In this document: positions 9,386-19,872 of the stretch, in pieces
How the letters are laid out: the number at the start of each line of letters is the position of its first letter
How positions within the stretch are numbered: position 1 is the first letter of the stretch
Assembly: GCA_964440975.1 (NCBI GenBank)
Contig: CAYYKI010000001.1
Coordinates: 2,591-66,590, forward strand
DNA: 64,000 nucleotides
DNA from: an uncultured Candidatus Saccharibacteria bacterium
GTDB lineage: Bacteria; Patescibacteriota; Saccharimonadia; Saccharimonadales; CAZNVG01
Direction: 5' to 3'
Translations under genes and position numbers: made by a program
Notes under the pieces: generated by a model
The model's input: only the letters and a program-made list of their open reading frames with translations
What the model was told of the DNA's origin: nothing
Database searches by the model: none

Positions 9386-10540
9386 ATGAACGATTTCATT
9401 ATCAAACCAGCCAAGCAGCCAAACAAACCACGTGTTGCATTAGTGTGTGACTGGCTTACTGGTGGCGGCGCGGAAAGAGTTATGAAGGCGCTGCATCAAA
9501 TCTATCCAGATGCACCTATATATACTAGCTACGCCAGCCCTGCACAGCGACGAGTCTTTGATACTGCCGACGTTCGCACAAGCGGATTTTTGCAAACAAA
9601 ACTCGGCGGCAAATTACGAAAGTTCTTGCCAATCCTTCGTGAACGCTACTTTGAAAAGCTAGACCTTGGTGATTATGACATTGTGATATCTGCCAGTGGC
9701 GCAGAAGCTAAGGGGGTAAAAGTAGGAGAGGGCACACTACACATTAATTACTGTCACTCCCCTACCCATTACTACTGGGTGCGCTACGACGAATATGTCT
9801 CCAATCCTGGGTTTGGGTACTTTAATCCGATTGCGCGTCTAGGGCTCCGCATACTTGTTGCCAGTAGGCGTAAATGGGATCGAGCTGCGGCCCAAAGACC
9901 CCACATCATCATTGCTAATTCTTCGGTAACCCGTGACCGTATAGCCGAATACTACGGTCGTGAATCCACTGTAATATTTCCACCGGTAGACGTCGAGCAT
10001 TTTGGACTCAACACTAAACACAAGCGTATCGGCTTTGTTATCGCTGGTAGACAAACGATGTACAAGCGCTTCGATTTAGCAGTCGAGGTCTGTTCAAAAT
10101 TAAACCTCCCACTAAAAGTGGTTGGCGACGGCCCTGAACATAAAACATTGCGCTCAATTGCCGGCCCCAATGTAGAGTTCTTTACGAATGTGTCAGACAC
10201 AGAAATGGTGCATCACTTCCAAACAGCCGAGGCCTTTTTGTTTCCCGGCCTTGAAGACTTTGGTATAACACCGGTGGAGGCAATGGCCTGCGGCACTCCG
10301 GTACTGGCATATAAGGCTGGTGGCGCCCTTGATTACGTTGTACCGGGCCTAAGCGGTGATTTTTTTGCTCAGCAGACGGCTGCCTCACTACGTACGGCAC
10401 TGCGCGATTTCGATGCTTCTACGTACGAGCCACAAGCAATTCGTGCACATGCCGAAAAGTTTTCTACGCAAAAATTTGCTCAAGCAATTCATGCTTTTGT
10501 CGATAACGAATACGCTGCCTTTTCAGACAACAAACAGTAG
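9386..10540 (+). CDS. GT4 glycosyltransferase
   Basis: DWLTGGGAERV and EDFGITPVEAMACGTPV. Confidence 0.9.
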   Translation: MNDFIIKPAKQPNKPRVALVCDWLTGGGAERVMKALHQIYPDAPIYTSYASPAQRRVFDTADVRTSGFLQTKLGGKLRKFLPILRERYFEKLDLGDYDIVISASGAEAKGVKVGEGTLHINYCHSPTHYYWVRYDEYVSNPGFGYFNPIARLGLRILVASRRKWDRAAAQRPHIIIANSSVTRDRIAEYYGRESTVIFPPVDVEHFGLNTKHKRIGFVIAGRQTMYKRFDLAVEVCSKLNLPLKVVGDGPEHKTLRSIAGPNVEFFTNVSDTEMVHHFQTAEAFLFPGLEDFGITPVEAMACGTPVLAYKAGGALDYVVPGLSGDFFAQQTAASLRTALRDFDASTYEPQAIRAHAEKFSTQKFAQAIHAFVDNEYAAFSDNKQ

Positions 10541-10542
10541 CC

Positions 10543-11028
10543 TTAGCGATGTTTTTTACGGAGATGTTTCTTTTCTGGACCCTTAAAGACCCAGAAACGG
10601 AATACCACATAATTCCAAAAGGTAAAGAAGAATGCTGCTAAATATTTGCCCCAATTCGGCGAAATACCATAGCGTTCCAAAACTTCTAGTATGACTACCG
10701 TTATGGCGTAATTAATAACCAGGACAATAGCATACCGTCGCGTTTCTTTTTTGATAGGATCACGCTTAGTCTGATTCTTAAAAACCCAGGCCCGCTCCAG
10801 TATGAAGTTTACGACGATTCCCACAACGTATGCCGGTGCTTGGGCGACCGGTACAGTCAGATCAAAGTGATTAAATCCTATATAAAACGTTAGATAGTCT
10901 GCATAAAAAACGATAATACCTGTGACTAGATACTGGATGACAGCACCCTTTAAAACCAGCCGCCACACGCCGTTTGAAGATTGCGCACTTGTTTTGCCTT
11001 TATTTTTTTGTAACCTTTTGCCAGCCAT
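10543..11028 (-). CDS. GtrA family protein
   Basis: Four TM helices, NFILERAWVF, and FWNYVVFRFWVF. Confidence 0.8.
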   Translation of the reverse strand: MAGKRLQKNKGKTSAQSSNGVWRLVLKGAVIQYLVTGIIVFYADYLTFYIGFNHFDLTVPVAQAPAYVVGIVVNFILERAWVFKNQTKRDPIKKETRRYAIVLVINYAITVVILEVLERYGISPNWGKYLAAFFFTFWNYVVFRFWVFKGPEKKHLRKKHR

Positions 11029-11092
11029 ACTAGTTATGATTATAAACTAGCTGGATACCTGTAATGTAAATACTTTTGGATCGATAATAAGT

Positions 11093-11216
11093 TTGACAAG
11101 CAGTGAGTACGATTCTAAGGGCGATAGCCGAAGCCATCACATGCCTGCATAAACGGAACCCGTAGGGGTCCACCAGTAGCCGAAGCCGCTGATGGACCCC
11201 ATGGGCCCGGTCCCGT
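11093..11216 (-). ncRNA. Structured 3' UTR of the high-GC cassette: two C(UUCG)G hairpins plus the arm pairing with the 5' UTR
   Basis: Hairpins GGGGTCCATCAG-CGGC-TTCG-GCTA-CTGGTGGACCCC (within 11153-11216) and GTGATGGC-TTCG-GCTATCGC (11121-11140), then GTACTCACTGCTTGTCAA, which is complementary to the leader. Confidence 0.7.
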
Positions 11217-11254
11217 CGGATCTCAGTTGTTGTGCGCGGTTCTACCGCCGTCGA

Positions 11255-12049
11255 TCAGGACGTGGAGGCCGCCGTCTCGCTGGAGGCGTCGGGGTCGAGA
11301 CCCTCGCTGCCGCCGCTGGAGGCGCCCGCTCCCGACCACCAGTCGTCGCCGTTGGACGTGTCGGGGTCGAGACCACCGCCGCTGCTGCCGCTGCCACCGT
11401 CGGTCGATGCCGTCGTCTGCTGACGCGAGCCGGGGGAACCCCAGCCGTCGTCGAAGCTGCCGAAGACGGGCTGCCTGGAGGAGCCGAAGGGCCTGCCGAA
11501 GCCGCCGATGACGCGCAGGCCACCGATGTCGCCGGACAGGTTCCCGAAGAGGGCGCCACCGAACAGCTGCTCGAGGTTGAGAGAACCGCTGGCCTGCTGC
11601 AACTCGCCGAGGTAGTCGGTCAGGACCGGCTTGTACAGCCAGCTGGTGACCACGTCGACGACACCCTTGCCGACGATGCCCGGGAGGGCACGTCGGATGA
11701 CCTCCGCCGGCAGCGGCAGGTGCACCGTGGCGGTGATGGTGAGCGAGAGGCTGACGTCGTCGATCTCGGCGTTGAGGGTCGACACGATCTCGCCGGACGA
11801 ACCGTCGGTGGACGCGTCGTAGCCCTTCATCGCGCTGAACACGGAGTCGAGGCCGCGCGGGACAGCGGTGTTGAGGTTCTTGACGAGACGCTGCTGCGCC
11901 GTGTCGGCGATGGCGGCGAGCGTCTCGTCGTCCATCGATCCGGAGACGATGGTGGCAGGGTCGTAGGTCAGCTCGAGGACGGTGTTGATGGACGCGTGCG
12001 TGAACGAGACGTACGCCGCACGTGTGATCTGATGTCGATTGGACTGCAT
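11255..12049 (-). CDS. Orphan protein with very high GC3 codon usage and a G/S/D-rich disordered tail
   Basis: 47 of codons 11-60 end in G/C (hand count). SD GAGGAG lies at 12066-12061. The periodicity of third-position GC identifies this frame as the coding one. Confidence 0.8.
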   Translation of the reverse strand: MQSNRHQITRAAYVSFTHASINTVLELTYDPATIVSGSMDDETLAAIADTAQQRLVKNLNTAVPRGLDSVFSAMKGYDASTDGSSGEIVSTLNAEIDDVSLSLTITATVHLPLPAEVIRRALPGIVGKGVVDVVTSWLYKPVLTDYLGELQQASGSLNLEQLFGGALFGNLSGDIGGLRVIGGFGRPFGSSRQPVFGSFDDGWGSPGSRQQTTASTDGGSGSSGGGLDPDTSNGDDWWSGAGASSGGSEGLDPDASSETAASTS

Positions 12050-12060
12050 CGGAATGCTTT

Positions 12061-12255
12061 CTCCTCGCTATGGCAGGGTTGCCTAGCTCCCATTCATTAG
12101 GGGGCTATATGTGTACTCTTGACACACAAAGTGAGGACCAAACCCAGCTTCACCGAGCTTAGTTCTCACCTCGTGTATCTAAACTGCTTGTCAAGGAGCT
12201 TTGGAGCAAAATGCGCCAGTATATACACCGGCTGCAAACTCCGCTCAACAAAACT
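12061..12255 (-). ncRNA. Long structured 5' leader of the high-GC cassette
   Basis: 28-bp hairpin at 12121-12179 (27 of 28 paired, 8 G-U), hairpin at ~12200-12252, small TAGC-CCC/GGG-A-GCTA hairpin, and long-range arms at 12183-12194 and 12113-12118. Confidence 0.7.
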
Positions 12256-12261
12256 TTGCAA

Positions 12262-12290
12262 ATTATAGTGTTTTTATTGCATATTGTCAA
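12262..12290 (-). promoter_or_regulatory. Perfect consensus sigma70 promoter
   Basis: TTGACA (12290-12285), 17-nt spacer, TATAAT (12267-12262). Predicted TSS is near 12255. Confidence 0.85.
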
Positions 12291-12360
12291 TAGCTTTATG
12301 ACTGCAACCTTGTTTACTGTTATATGTTGTTTTAAACGCAAGACGGTATACTATTTTTAG

Positions 12361-13353
<993 letters not shown>

Positions 13354-13492
13354 TCGCGCTCACGGATGTCGGTATTGATCTTTTTTGATAGGTCCTATGC
13401 TGAGAGCCTACGCATCAAAGTACATATCCGGCAGAGCCCACTAATGAGACGAGTCGACAAACTTGCTATACTATTGCAGTATAAGGAGCACC

Positions 13493-14365
13493 ATGAAGGG
13501 AATTATTCTTGCCGGCGGTTCTGGCACTCGACTCTATCCAATCACCAAAGGTATTAGTAAGCAACTAATGCCGATTTATGACAAACCAATGGTGTATTAC
13601 CCGTTGAGCACCCTTATGCAGGCCGGCATAAAGGAGATCCTGATTATCACCACCCCGCAAGACAGTGAAAGCTTCCAGCGGCTGCTTGGAGACGGTAGCG
13701 ATTACGGTATATCGCTGAGCTATGCCGTGCAACCCGAGCCAAAAGGCCTTGCTCAGGCGTTTATTATTGGTGAAGATTTTATTGGTGACGATAAGGTGGC
13801 ATTAGTGCTCGGCGATAATATCTTTCATGGCGATGGGTTTGATGACATACTGGCTGGTTGCGTCAATCCTGACGGCGGCATTGTATTCGCCTACCGAGTC
13901 TCTGATCCAGAAAGGTACGGTGTTGTGGAGTTCGATGCCGAAAAGCGAGTTATTTCCGTTGAAGAAAAACCAACCAAGCCAAAGTCAAACTTTGCAATCA
14001 CCGGGCTATATTTTTATGATAACGACGTCGTTGAAATCGCCAAGCGAACTCAGCCAAGCGAGCGAGGAGAACTCGAAATAACAACCATTAACGAGGAGTA
14101 TCTCAAGAAGGGCAAGCTCCGCGTTGAGATACTGGACCGTGGTTCGGCATGGCTCGATACGGGAACCTTTGAGTCGATGATGCAGGCCAGCCAGTACGTT
14201 GAGGTTATCGAAAAGCGCACCGGCCTCAAACTTGGATGCGTCGAAGAAGTAGCGTATCAACGTGGATTTATCACCAAAGACCAGCTGCTTGCCCTGGCTG
14301 AACCGTTACATAAGAGTGGTTACGGGAAGTACTTGTCCAATCTCGCCCAGACTGAAGAATTATAA
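13493..14365 (+). CDS. rfbA: Glucose-1-phosphate thymidylyltransferase
   Basis: [36 protein letters not shown]; SD AAGGAG before the ATG at 13493. Confidence 0.96.
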   Translation: MKGIILAGGSGTRLYPITKGISKQLMPIYDKPMVYYPLSTLMQAGIKEILIITTPQDSESFQRLLGDGSDYGISLSYAVQPEPKGLAQAFIIGEDFIGDDKVALVLGDNIFHGDGFDDILAGCVNPDGGIVFAYRVSDPERYGVVEFDAEKRVISVEEKPTKPKSNFAITGLYFYDNDVVEIAKRTQPSERGELEITTINEEYLKKGKLRVEILDRGSAWLDTGTFESMMQASQYVEVIEKRTGLKLGCVEEVAYQRGFITKDQLLALAEPLHKSGYGKYLSNLAQTEEL

Positions 14366-14491
14366 ATCAGATAGTCTTTGTGCTTTAAAAATAAAGTTGC
14401 TATTATAGATACAATATTGGGGTTTATTTCTTAGGAGGGTAGTCCGATCAGTGATCCCACACGACGCCGCGCCATAACCAGGGAGCCTAAG

Positions 14492-16165
14492 GTGGGTGAG
14501 AGAACATGGTTGCATGTCTTACGCAAGGTGGGGCTATTTTTTGTCGCACCAATTTTAGTATTTTCGTGTATATATTATCTTGTTAATCCTGGCCACCTGA
14601 GTAAATTCAACACATCGTTCTACTTAGACGCTGGTGATGGATACCAAAACGTGTGGAACAACTGGTGGGTCAATAAATCTATTGTTGATCACCGCGCAAG
14701 TCCATATCAAACTGATTATCTGCACTTCCCCAGCGGTGTCTCGTTGGCAACACAAACTATGAATATCTATAACGGCCTTGTCGGCATAGTGCTAATAAAT
14801 TTCCTAGGGGCCTCACTTGTACAAGCTACAAACATTGCCGTTTTGACCGGCTTTATTGGTACCGGCTTAACAATGTTCTGGTTATTATACTATCTCTTTC
14901 GCCGCTATGAAGCAGCCTTGCTTGGAGGCGGTATGTTTGCGTTTTCTAGCTACCATTTTGCCCACGGCATTGGCCACTTACAGCTTATTTCCTTACAGTT
15001 TGTTCCATTATTTGTACTTGCGTTCTTGGTTTTTATGCGGCGTTTGCGCTGGCAGAACGCAATATATGCCGGTATTACATTGGCGTTGGTTGGGCTCTGC
15101 GATTATTACTACCTCCTTTATTGTTGCATTTTTGCTGGCGGTTACGTTTTGTTTAAGGTTTTCTACAGAGAACTAGAAATTTCCTGGCGCAGTGTAAAGC
15201 TATTTTTAATTATGGCGATCAGCGGCTTAGCGATTCTTGGTTGGCCGATTTATCTACTACTGCAACTCACAAGCAGCCAGACCCTACTCGGCTCGCATGA
15301 TGCGCGAGCATTTAGTATGGACCTCCTTTCACCACTCATCCCTGGTGGAAATTGGCGTTGGTACGGATTAACAGACTGGTATTGGTCCCGCCTGCCCGGC
15401 TATCATTCTGAAACAAGTATATTTTTTGGTTTTGGGTTAATTAGTCTGTTGCTTTTTGCTCTGCTGAGACTACGTAAAAAACTCGTACCACGTGATATGT
15501 ATTTTTGGTGGGTCATAGCTATTATGTTTGGCATATTAGGCTTAGGGCCACGCTTAAGAATTTTTGGTGGCGGACTTGAGCTCATTCCTTTGCCTTATGC
15601 CCTGCTTGAACGGCTTGTTCCTACCTTCAAGATTTCTGGAATGCCAGTTCGGATGGTTGTGATGAGTTTACTTGCGGCAATCGTTATTGCAATGCAGGCC
15701 CTCAGTACGCTTAGTTTCTCAACCCGCAAAGTACGCGCATTATTTGTAGTACTTGTATTGGTCACTGCTTTAGATGTCTGGCCCCGCCCGCAGCCACTTT
15801 CAGCGACGACAGCTCCAAATTATGTTACCGCACTCAAACAGTTACCTCCTGGTGCTATTATCGACAACGGAGCGAATACCGCAACCGAAGCACTGTTCTT
15901 TCAGACAATACATGAACGAAAAATGGCGTTTGGATATGTCACCAGGTTGCCAGAAGTGATTGACAAGAAAGACCGCCTGCTCGAACAGGATCTTGAGGCT
16001 GGACGCTATGACTATATATGCCAGTTGTATAGAATTCGCTACCTAATTACTCGCGCCGACCTGCCTATCGTCCAGTATCCTGCCGTTTATAGTCAGCCAA
16101 AGAATATCAGTGATCCGTATGACAATTTACGTATTTACGATTTGAAAAATAGTGACCAATGTTAG
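14492..16165 (+). CDS. Polytopic membrane protein, probable GT-C fold (YfhO-like) glycosyltransferase
   Basis: About 12 TMs, an acidic DAGDG motif in the first outer loop, and glycan-cluster context. Confidence 0.55.
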   Translation: MGERTWLHVLRKVGLFFVAPILVFSCIYYLVNPGHLSKFNTSFYLDAGDGYQNVWNNWWVNKSIVDHRASPYQTDYLHFPSGVSLATQTMNIYNGLVGIVLINFLGASLVQATNIAVLTGFIGTGLTMFWLLYYLFRRYEAALLGGGMFAFSSYHFAHGIGHLQLISLQFVPLFVLAFLVFMRRLRWQNAIYAGITLALVGLCDYYYLLYCCIFAGGYVLFKVFYRELEISWRSVKLFLIMAISGLAILGWPIYLLLQLTSSQTLLGSHDARAFSMDLLSPLIPGGNWRWYGLTDWYWSRLPGYHSETSIFFGFGLISLLLFALLRLRKKLVPRDMYFWWVIAIMFGILGLGPRLRIFGGGLELIPLPYALLERLVPTFKISGMPVRMVVMSLLAAIVIAMQALSTLSFSTRKVRALFVVLVLVTALDVWPRPQPLSATTAPNYVTALKQLPPGAIIDNGANTATEALFFQTIHERKMAFGYVTRLPEVIDKKDRLLEQDLEAGRYDYICQLYRIRYLITRADLPIVQYPAVYSQPKNISDPYDNLRIYDLKNSDQC

Positions 16166-16303
16166 CAGTTCTTCTCATCCACAGACTATCCACGAAAGCT
16201 ACAATACTTACGCTTGCACTATAAATTGAGCTGTTTTACATTGCTAGAGTAAACGGGAGGGCAACATGATAATAGTAGTAAGCGGAGCGATTGGAGCTGC
16301 AAC

Positions 16304-16876
16304 ATGAAACGCCAATCGGCACTTATTATATTGATTAGCATTGCGTTGGTAGTGGCCGGTTTTACAGTGCTGGCACGTCGCGAAGAAGCTAGCAAGCAGT
16401 CAGACAACAACAGACCCAATGTGAGTCAAACCTACTTTGCCATACCCGAATGGGGCATCAATATTCCGGCAGATGCGTTTGGAGCAAGGCCTGCCGTATC
16501 CTACCTAATCGGTAGGTTTGCAGACTCACCCAGTGAGGCGATTGTATTTTTCGACAGACCTTTGGCGGATATTCAGTCGTCGATTGGTGAGACATATTTC
16601 AAGCAGTTAGTATCTTGCTTATCCTATACTCCAAGTATTTCTCGATCACCATCCGCCACCAACGCAGCAAATAATACGAACAATTCAGGCGTACCTCAAA
16701 ACCAAAAAGGCCGAGAACTCGATGGCTTCCGATATGAACCGATAACCCCTCAAGCAACTTGCCCAACTGCTACGGAGGATTACCCAGCAACCAAAATAGG
16801 AAATTACATGACCGGCTTATCTACAGAAACCGACCAAAGCCGAATAGAACAAGTCATCAACAGCATCACAAAGTAA
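16304..16876 (+). CDS. Small membrane-anchored or secreted hypothetical protein
   Basis: N-terminal hydrophobic helix followed by IPEWGI; directly upstream of the CHAP gene. Confidence 0.65.
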   Translation: MKRQSALIILISIALVVAGFTVLARREEASKQSDNNRPNVSQTYFAIPEWGINIPADAFGARPAVSYLIGRFADSPSEAIVFFDRPLADIQSSIGETYFKQLVSCLSYTPSISRSPSATNAANNTNNSGVPQNQKGRELDGFRYEPITPQATCPTATEDYPATKIGNYMTGLSTETDQSRIEQVINSITK

Positions 16877-16894
16877 TATCGCAGGAGCTATCAA

Positions 16895-18553
16895 ATGAAA
16901 TATGAGGCTATTATTAAAGACACCCTGAGTTCAGAATCGAACCCATTACTTAACAGAGTCAAGCGCTTGGCCGCGGTAGCCCTGGTAGGGCTTGGTACCA
17001 TCGGAGTTAACACGCTTATCGAGAACGAAGCAAGCGCCGCTCCAGACACTTACCCTTGGCAGCATGCCCAGGATTACAACCCAGGAAGCTATATGTGGTG
17101 GGTTGACGAAAACGGCAACGGCCGAGCAGATGTCACCTCTGCCCCAAACGACAATGATGAAGCCGTTGATCCCAATGGCTATTACTACCGAAACTGCACA
17201 TCGTACGCTGCCGCAAAACTTAAACAGCTTGGTTATGCTGGATCGATGAGTGGTCTAGGGAATGCAAAAAGCTGGGATGACATTGCACGTAGCAGAGGCG
17301 TCGGAGTAGATAATAGCCCCAGGGTCGGCGACGCCGCTGTCTGGGATTATATCGGCAACGACTCCCGATACGGCCATGTTGCTATCGTTGAAAAGGTGTA
17401 TGCCGATGGCTCTGTTGATGTAAGTGAGTACAATGCTGGACTACGTGGAGGCTATACCGCGAATCGTCATACTCGAGCACACAAGTATGTACATTTCCTG
17501 AATCGACCAAGCGGCACACCGAACATAGCTCCCCCAGCTAGCCAAATTCCGTATGCAGCTATAGCCGACGGGCAAGAGTACTTTAGCGATCAAAACTGGG
17601 TATACACAAAGGTTGGTGGCACCGCCTGGCCTATTAAGCACCGTAACGACTGGAATAGCGGTGATACTTTCAACTGGGGCGGTGCGCCGATAGGCCCTGT
17701 GAGCACACGTGAAACATGGGACCACGAGGCTGGCTATAACACCAACAACCAACGACAAGTTGGCGCCCATCCACCGACCGAAGGAACCGTTGTACATATC
17801 GAAGGAACTTCTCAGCAATATTACTTCTTCCGTGGGCATGCATATCCGATTGGCATAGAAGAGCTGGACGACCTACAGGCTCGCAATAAGGCGCGCAGGG
17901 TGCCTGCTTTTGGTAATCGGCTCATGGATTTTGTTGGAATAGTTCCACCGTTCGGAAATGGCGAGCTATACCGCTACGCCTCTGTGGCTCGAGTCAACCA
18001 ATTCATTACGAATGGTGATGGCTCTCATACAAGCTACCATGTAAACAATGACACCGTGCTCGATTGTCTAGAATTCAAGGAAGGTCGACACATTACGGTT
18101 CTCCCCAAGTCTGCGCAATCACTTATCACATTCAATCTTGGGCCAGAAGTCTCCCAGCCTGCTGCCTGCGATTATCCAAATAATAGTGTCGTATTAGGAC
18201 CAAACGGCGCAGAATTCTGGAAGATTAGAGGAGACAACAGCAGCACGCCCTATACTAGGCATTATATAGGGAACGAGCTAACCGCCTGGTTAAACTCTGG
18301 AGGGAGGCCAGTCTTACATCGCAGTCGAAGTGTTCAGGCTCTTAACGATATCCCACAAGGCCCAGACACATCAAACCCAGAAGGAATATACTTTGTAAAT
18401 AACGCAAACGGCGACGTATTTTTATGGCTAGATAACCAAGCCCATAAAGTTCCATCAAACGAAGTACTTAGCTGCCTAGGCAACCCGTCATTAGTCAGGG
18501 TTGACGGCCAAGTAGTTGGACCGCTACACCAAGCGGAGCCGGTTAGCTGTTAA
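16895..18553 (+). CDS. Secreted CHAP-domain peptidoglycan hydrolase with C-terminal repeats
   Basis: Signal-like segment, then [23 protein letters not shown] and VSEYN (CHAP Cys/His). Confidence 0.85.
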   Translation: MKYEAIIKDTLSSESNPLLNRVKRLAAVALVGLGTIGVNTLIENEASAAPDTYPWQHAQDYNPGSYMWWVDENGNGRADVTSAPNDNDEAVDPNGYYYRNCTSYAAAKLKQLGYAGSMSGLGNAKSWDDIARSRGVGVDNSPRVGDAAVWDYIGNDSRYGHVAIVEKVYADGSVDVSEYNAGLRGGYTANRHTRAHKYVHFLNRPSGTPNIAPPASQIPYAAIADGQEYFSDQNWVYTKVGGTAWPIKHRNDWNSGDTFNWGGAPIGPVSTRETWDHEAGYNTNNQRQVGAHPPTEGTVVHIEGTSQQYYFFRGHAYPIGIEELDDLQARNKARRVPAFGNRLMDFVGIVPPFGNGELYRYASVARVNQFITNGDGSHTSYHVNNDTVLDCLEFKEGRHITVLPKSAQSLITFNLGPEVSQPAACDYPNNSVVLGPNGAEFWKIRGDNSSTPYTRHYIGNELTAWLNSGGRPVLHRSRSVQALNDIPQGPDTSNPEGIYFVNNANGDVFLWLDNQAHKVPSNEVLSCLGNPSLVRVDGQVVGPLHQAEPVSC

Positions 18554-19287
18554 CTAGATTTTTTTGAACGGCGCACAGTCAGATTATAGTAGATAATTTC
18601 CCAGATGGCTTTAACGCCATCGCGCAGGCCAATCTTTTTGCCTTCTTCTTTGCTGCGACCGTAGTAGCTAATACCAATCTCGTAGACACGCGCACCGCTC
18701 TTGGCTACACGAGCGGTGATCTCTGGCTCAAAGCCAAATCGTTGCGCGTGCAAATCTTTGGCCAAGTCACGCACTAAGTCACCTTTGAACATTTTGTAGC
18801 AGGTTTCCATGTCGGTGAGGTTGAGGCCGGTAAAGACATTGCTGAGGAACGTGAGGAACTTGTTAGCCACTTGGTTACGGTAGTAGATAATGCGGTGTGG
18901 TTCGCCGCCAATAAAGCGCGAACCATATACGACGTCGGCATGTCCACGTTCAATTGGATACAACAGCCGGGGATATTCCTGTGGATCGTATTCGAGATCT
19001 GCATCTTGCACAATCACAACATCGCCGGTCGATTTGAGGATTCCTTTTTTAAGTGCGGCACCTTTGCCCTGGTTTTGCTTTTGGAAGATAAGCGTGATTG
19101 CTTTATTCTTTTCGGCCAGTTTTTTGAGTATATTGCGGGTACCGTCTTTGCTGCCGTCATCAACAATCAATATTTCTTTTTTGGTAGTTCCGAGGTTTAC
19201 CTCCATTACTTCGTCGAGGATTTTTTCGATAGTCGCTTTTTCGTTATAGCAAGGAATTACTATGGAAATTTTTTTAGCCTTTGACAT
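18550..19287 (-). CDS. GT2 glycosyltransferase (DPM1-like)
   Basis: [43 protein letters not shown]. Confidence 0.92.
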   Translation of the reverse strand: MSKAKKISIVIPCYNEKATIEKILDEVMEVNLGTTKKEILIVDDGSKDGTRNILKKLAEKNKAITLIFQKQNQGKGAALKKGILKSTGDVVIVQDADLEYDPQEYPRLLYPIERGHADVVYGSRFIGGEPHRIIYYRNQVANKFLTFLSNVFTGLNLTDMETCYKMFKGDLVRDLAKDLHAQRFGFEPEITARVAKSGARVYEIGISYYGRSKEEGKKIGLRDGVKAIWEIIYYNLTVRRSKKSS

Positions 19288-19356
19288 ATATGCTCCAATC
19301 TTAAGCATATATTAGCAAATAATTATAGAATTGAGCAAAGCTATTCAATGGCTATT

Positions 19357-19815
19357 CTAGGCGGATGTTGCGTGTTTTCCCGTCATTTGTTTACTTTTGC
19401 TAAATACAAACTTGCTGTTAAGAATATAGTTCCATATCAACGCGACTGCAGACCCTATTGCCAACGCAAGCCCATAAAACACATGGCCGTAATGAACTAG
19501 TGCGATTACTATGCCGCTATTAATACCTATACCCGCCCACGCTGTCATATGAAATTTTGCAAATTTTTTGTGTGTCGGATGGTGTTCGTGGCCAGTAAAG
19601 GCCCAGTAATTATTGCCGGTAAATGTGGCTAACAGGGCCAACTCTGCGCCAAATAGCTGCGCAATAACTATTGGTAGCGATAGTACGTCGTAGAGTGCTA
19701 TCAACGATATGTAGTTAACAATAAATCCTACAGTTCCGACGATCGCAAACCTTATAAAGCTGCGCTTTATCCATGTATTATAAAGTCTAATTACGCGTTG
19801 AATTATTTCCCTCAT
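19357..19815 (-). CDS. GtrA family protein
   Basis: RFAIVGTVGFIVN, NNYWAF, WNYILNSKFVF. Confidence 0.85.
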   Translation of the reverse strand: MREIIQRVIRLYNTWIKRSFIRFAIVGTVGFIVNYISLIALYDVLSLPIVIAQLFGAELALLATFTGNNYWAFTGHEHHPTHKKFAKFHMTAWAGIGINSGIVIALVHYGHVFYGLALAIGSAVALIWNYILNSKFVFSKSKQMTGKHATSA

Positions 19816-19872
19816 GCTTTTTACAGTATACCCTAAAACAACAAACTAATACGGTATAATAAATGTGAATAT

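Noticed and set aside
11150-12080. Assembly chimera or host contamination
   Set aside because: The lower-GC sequences on both sides of the ORF are complementary to each other and continuous with native genes. Read mapping is still needed to exclude it fully.
11192-12100. 302-aa plus-strand ORF and other overlapping ORFs in the high-GC segment
   Set aside because: These are antisense or alternate-frame shadows of a GC3-rich gene. The promoter, SD and G-U pairing all point to the minus strand.
11093-12194. 12-bp inverted repeats read as IS/MITE terminal repeats
   Set aside because: There is no transposase or target-site duplication, the promoter lies outside the repeat, and pairing continues across an inserted hairpin as expected for RNA structure.
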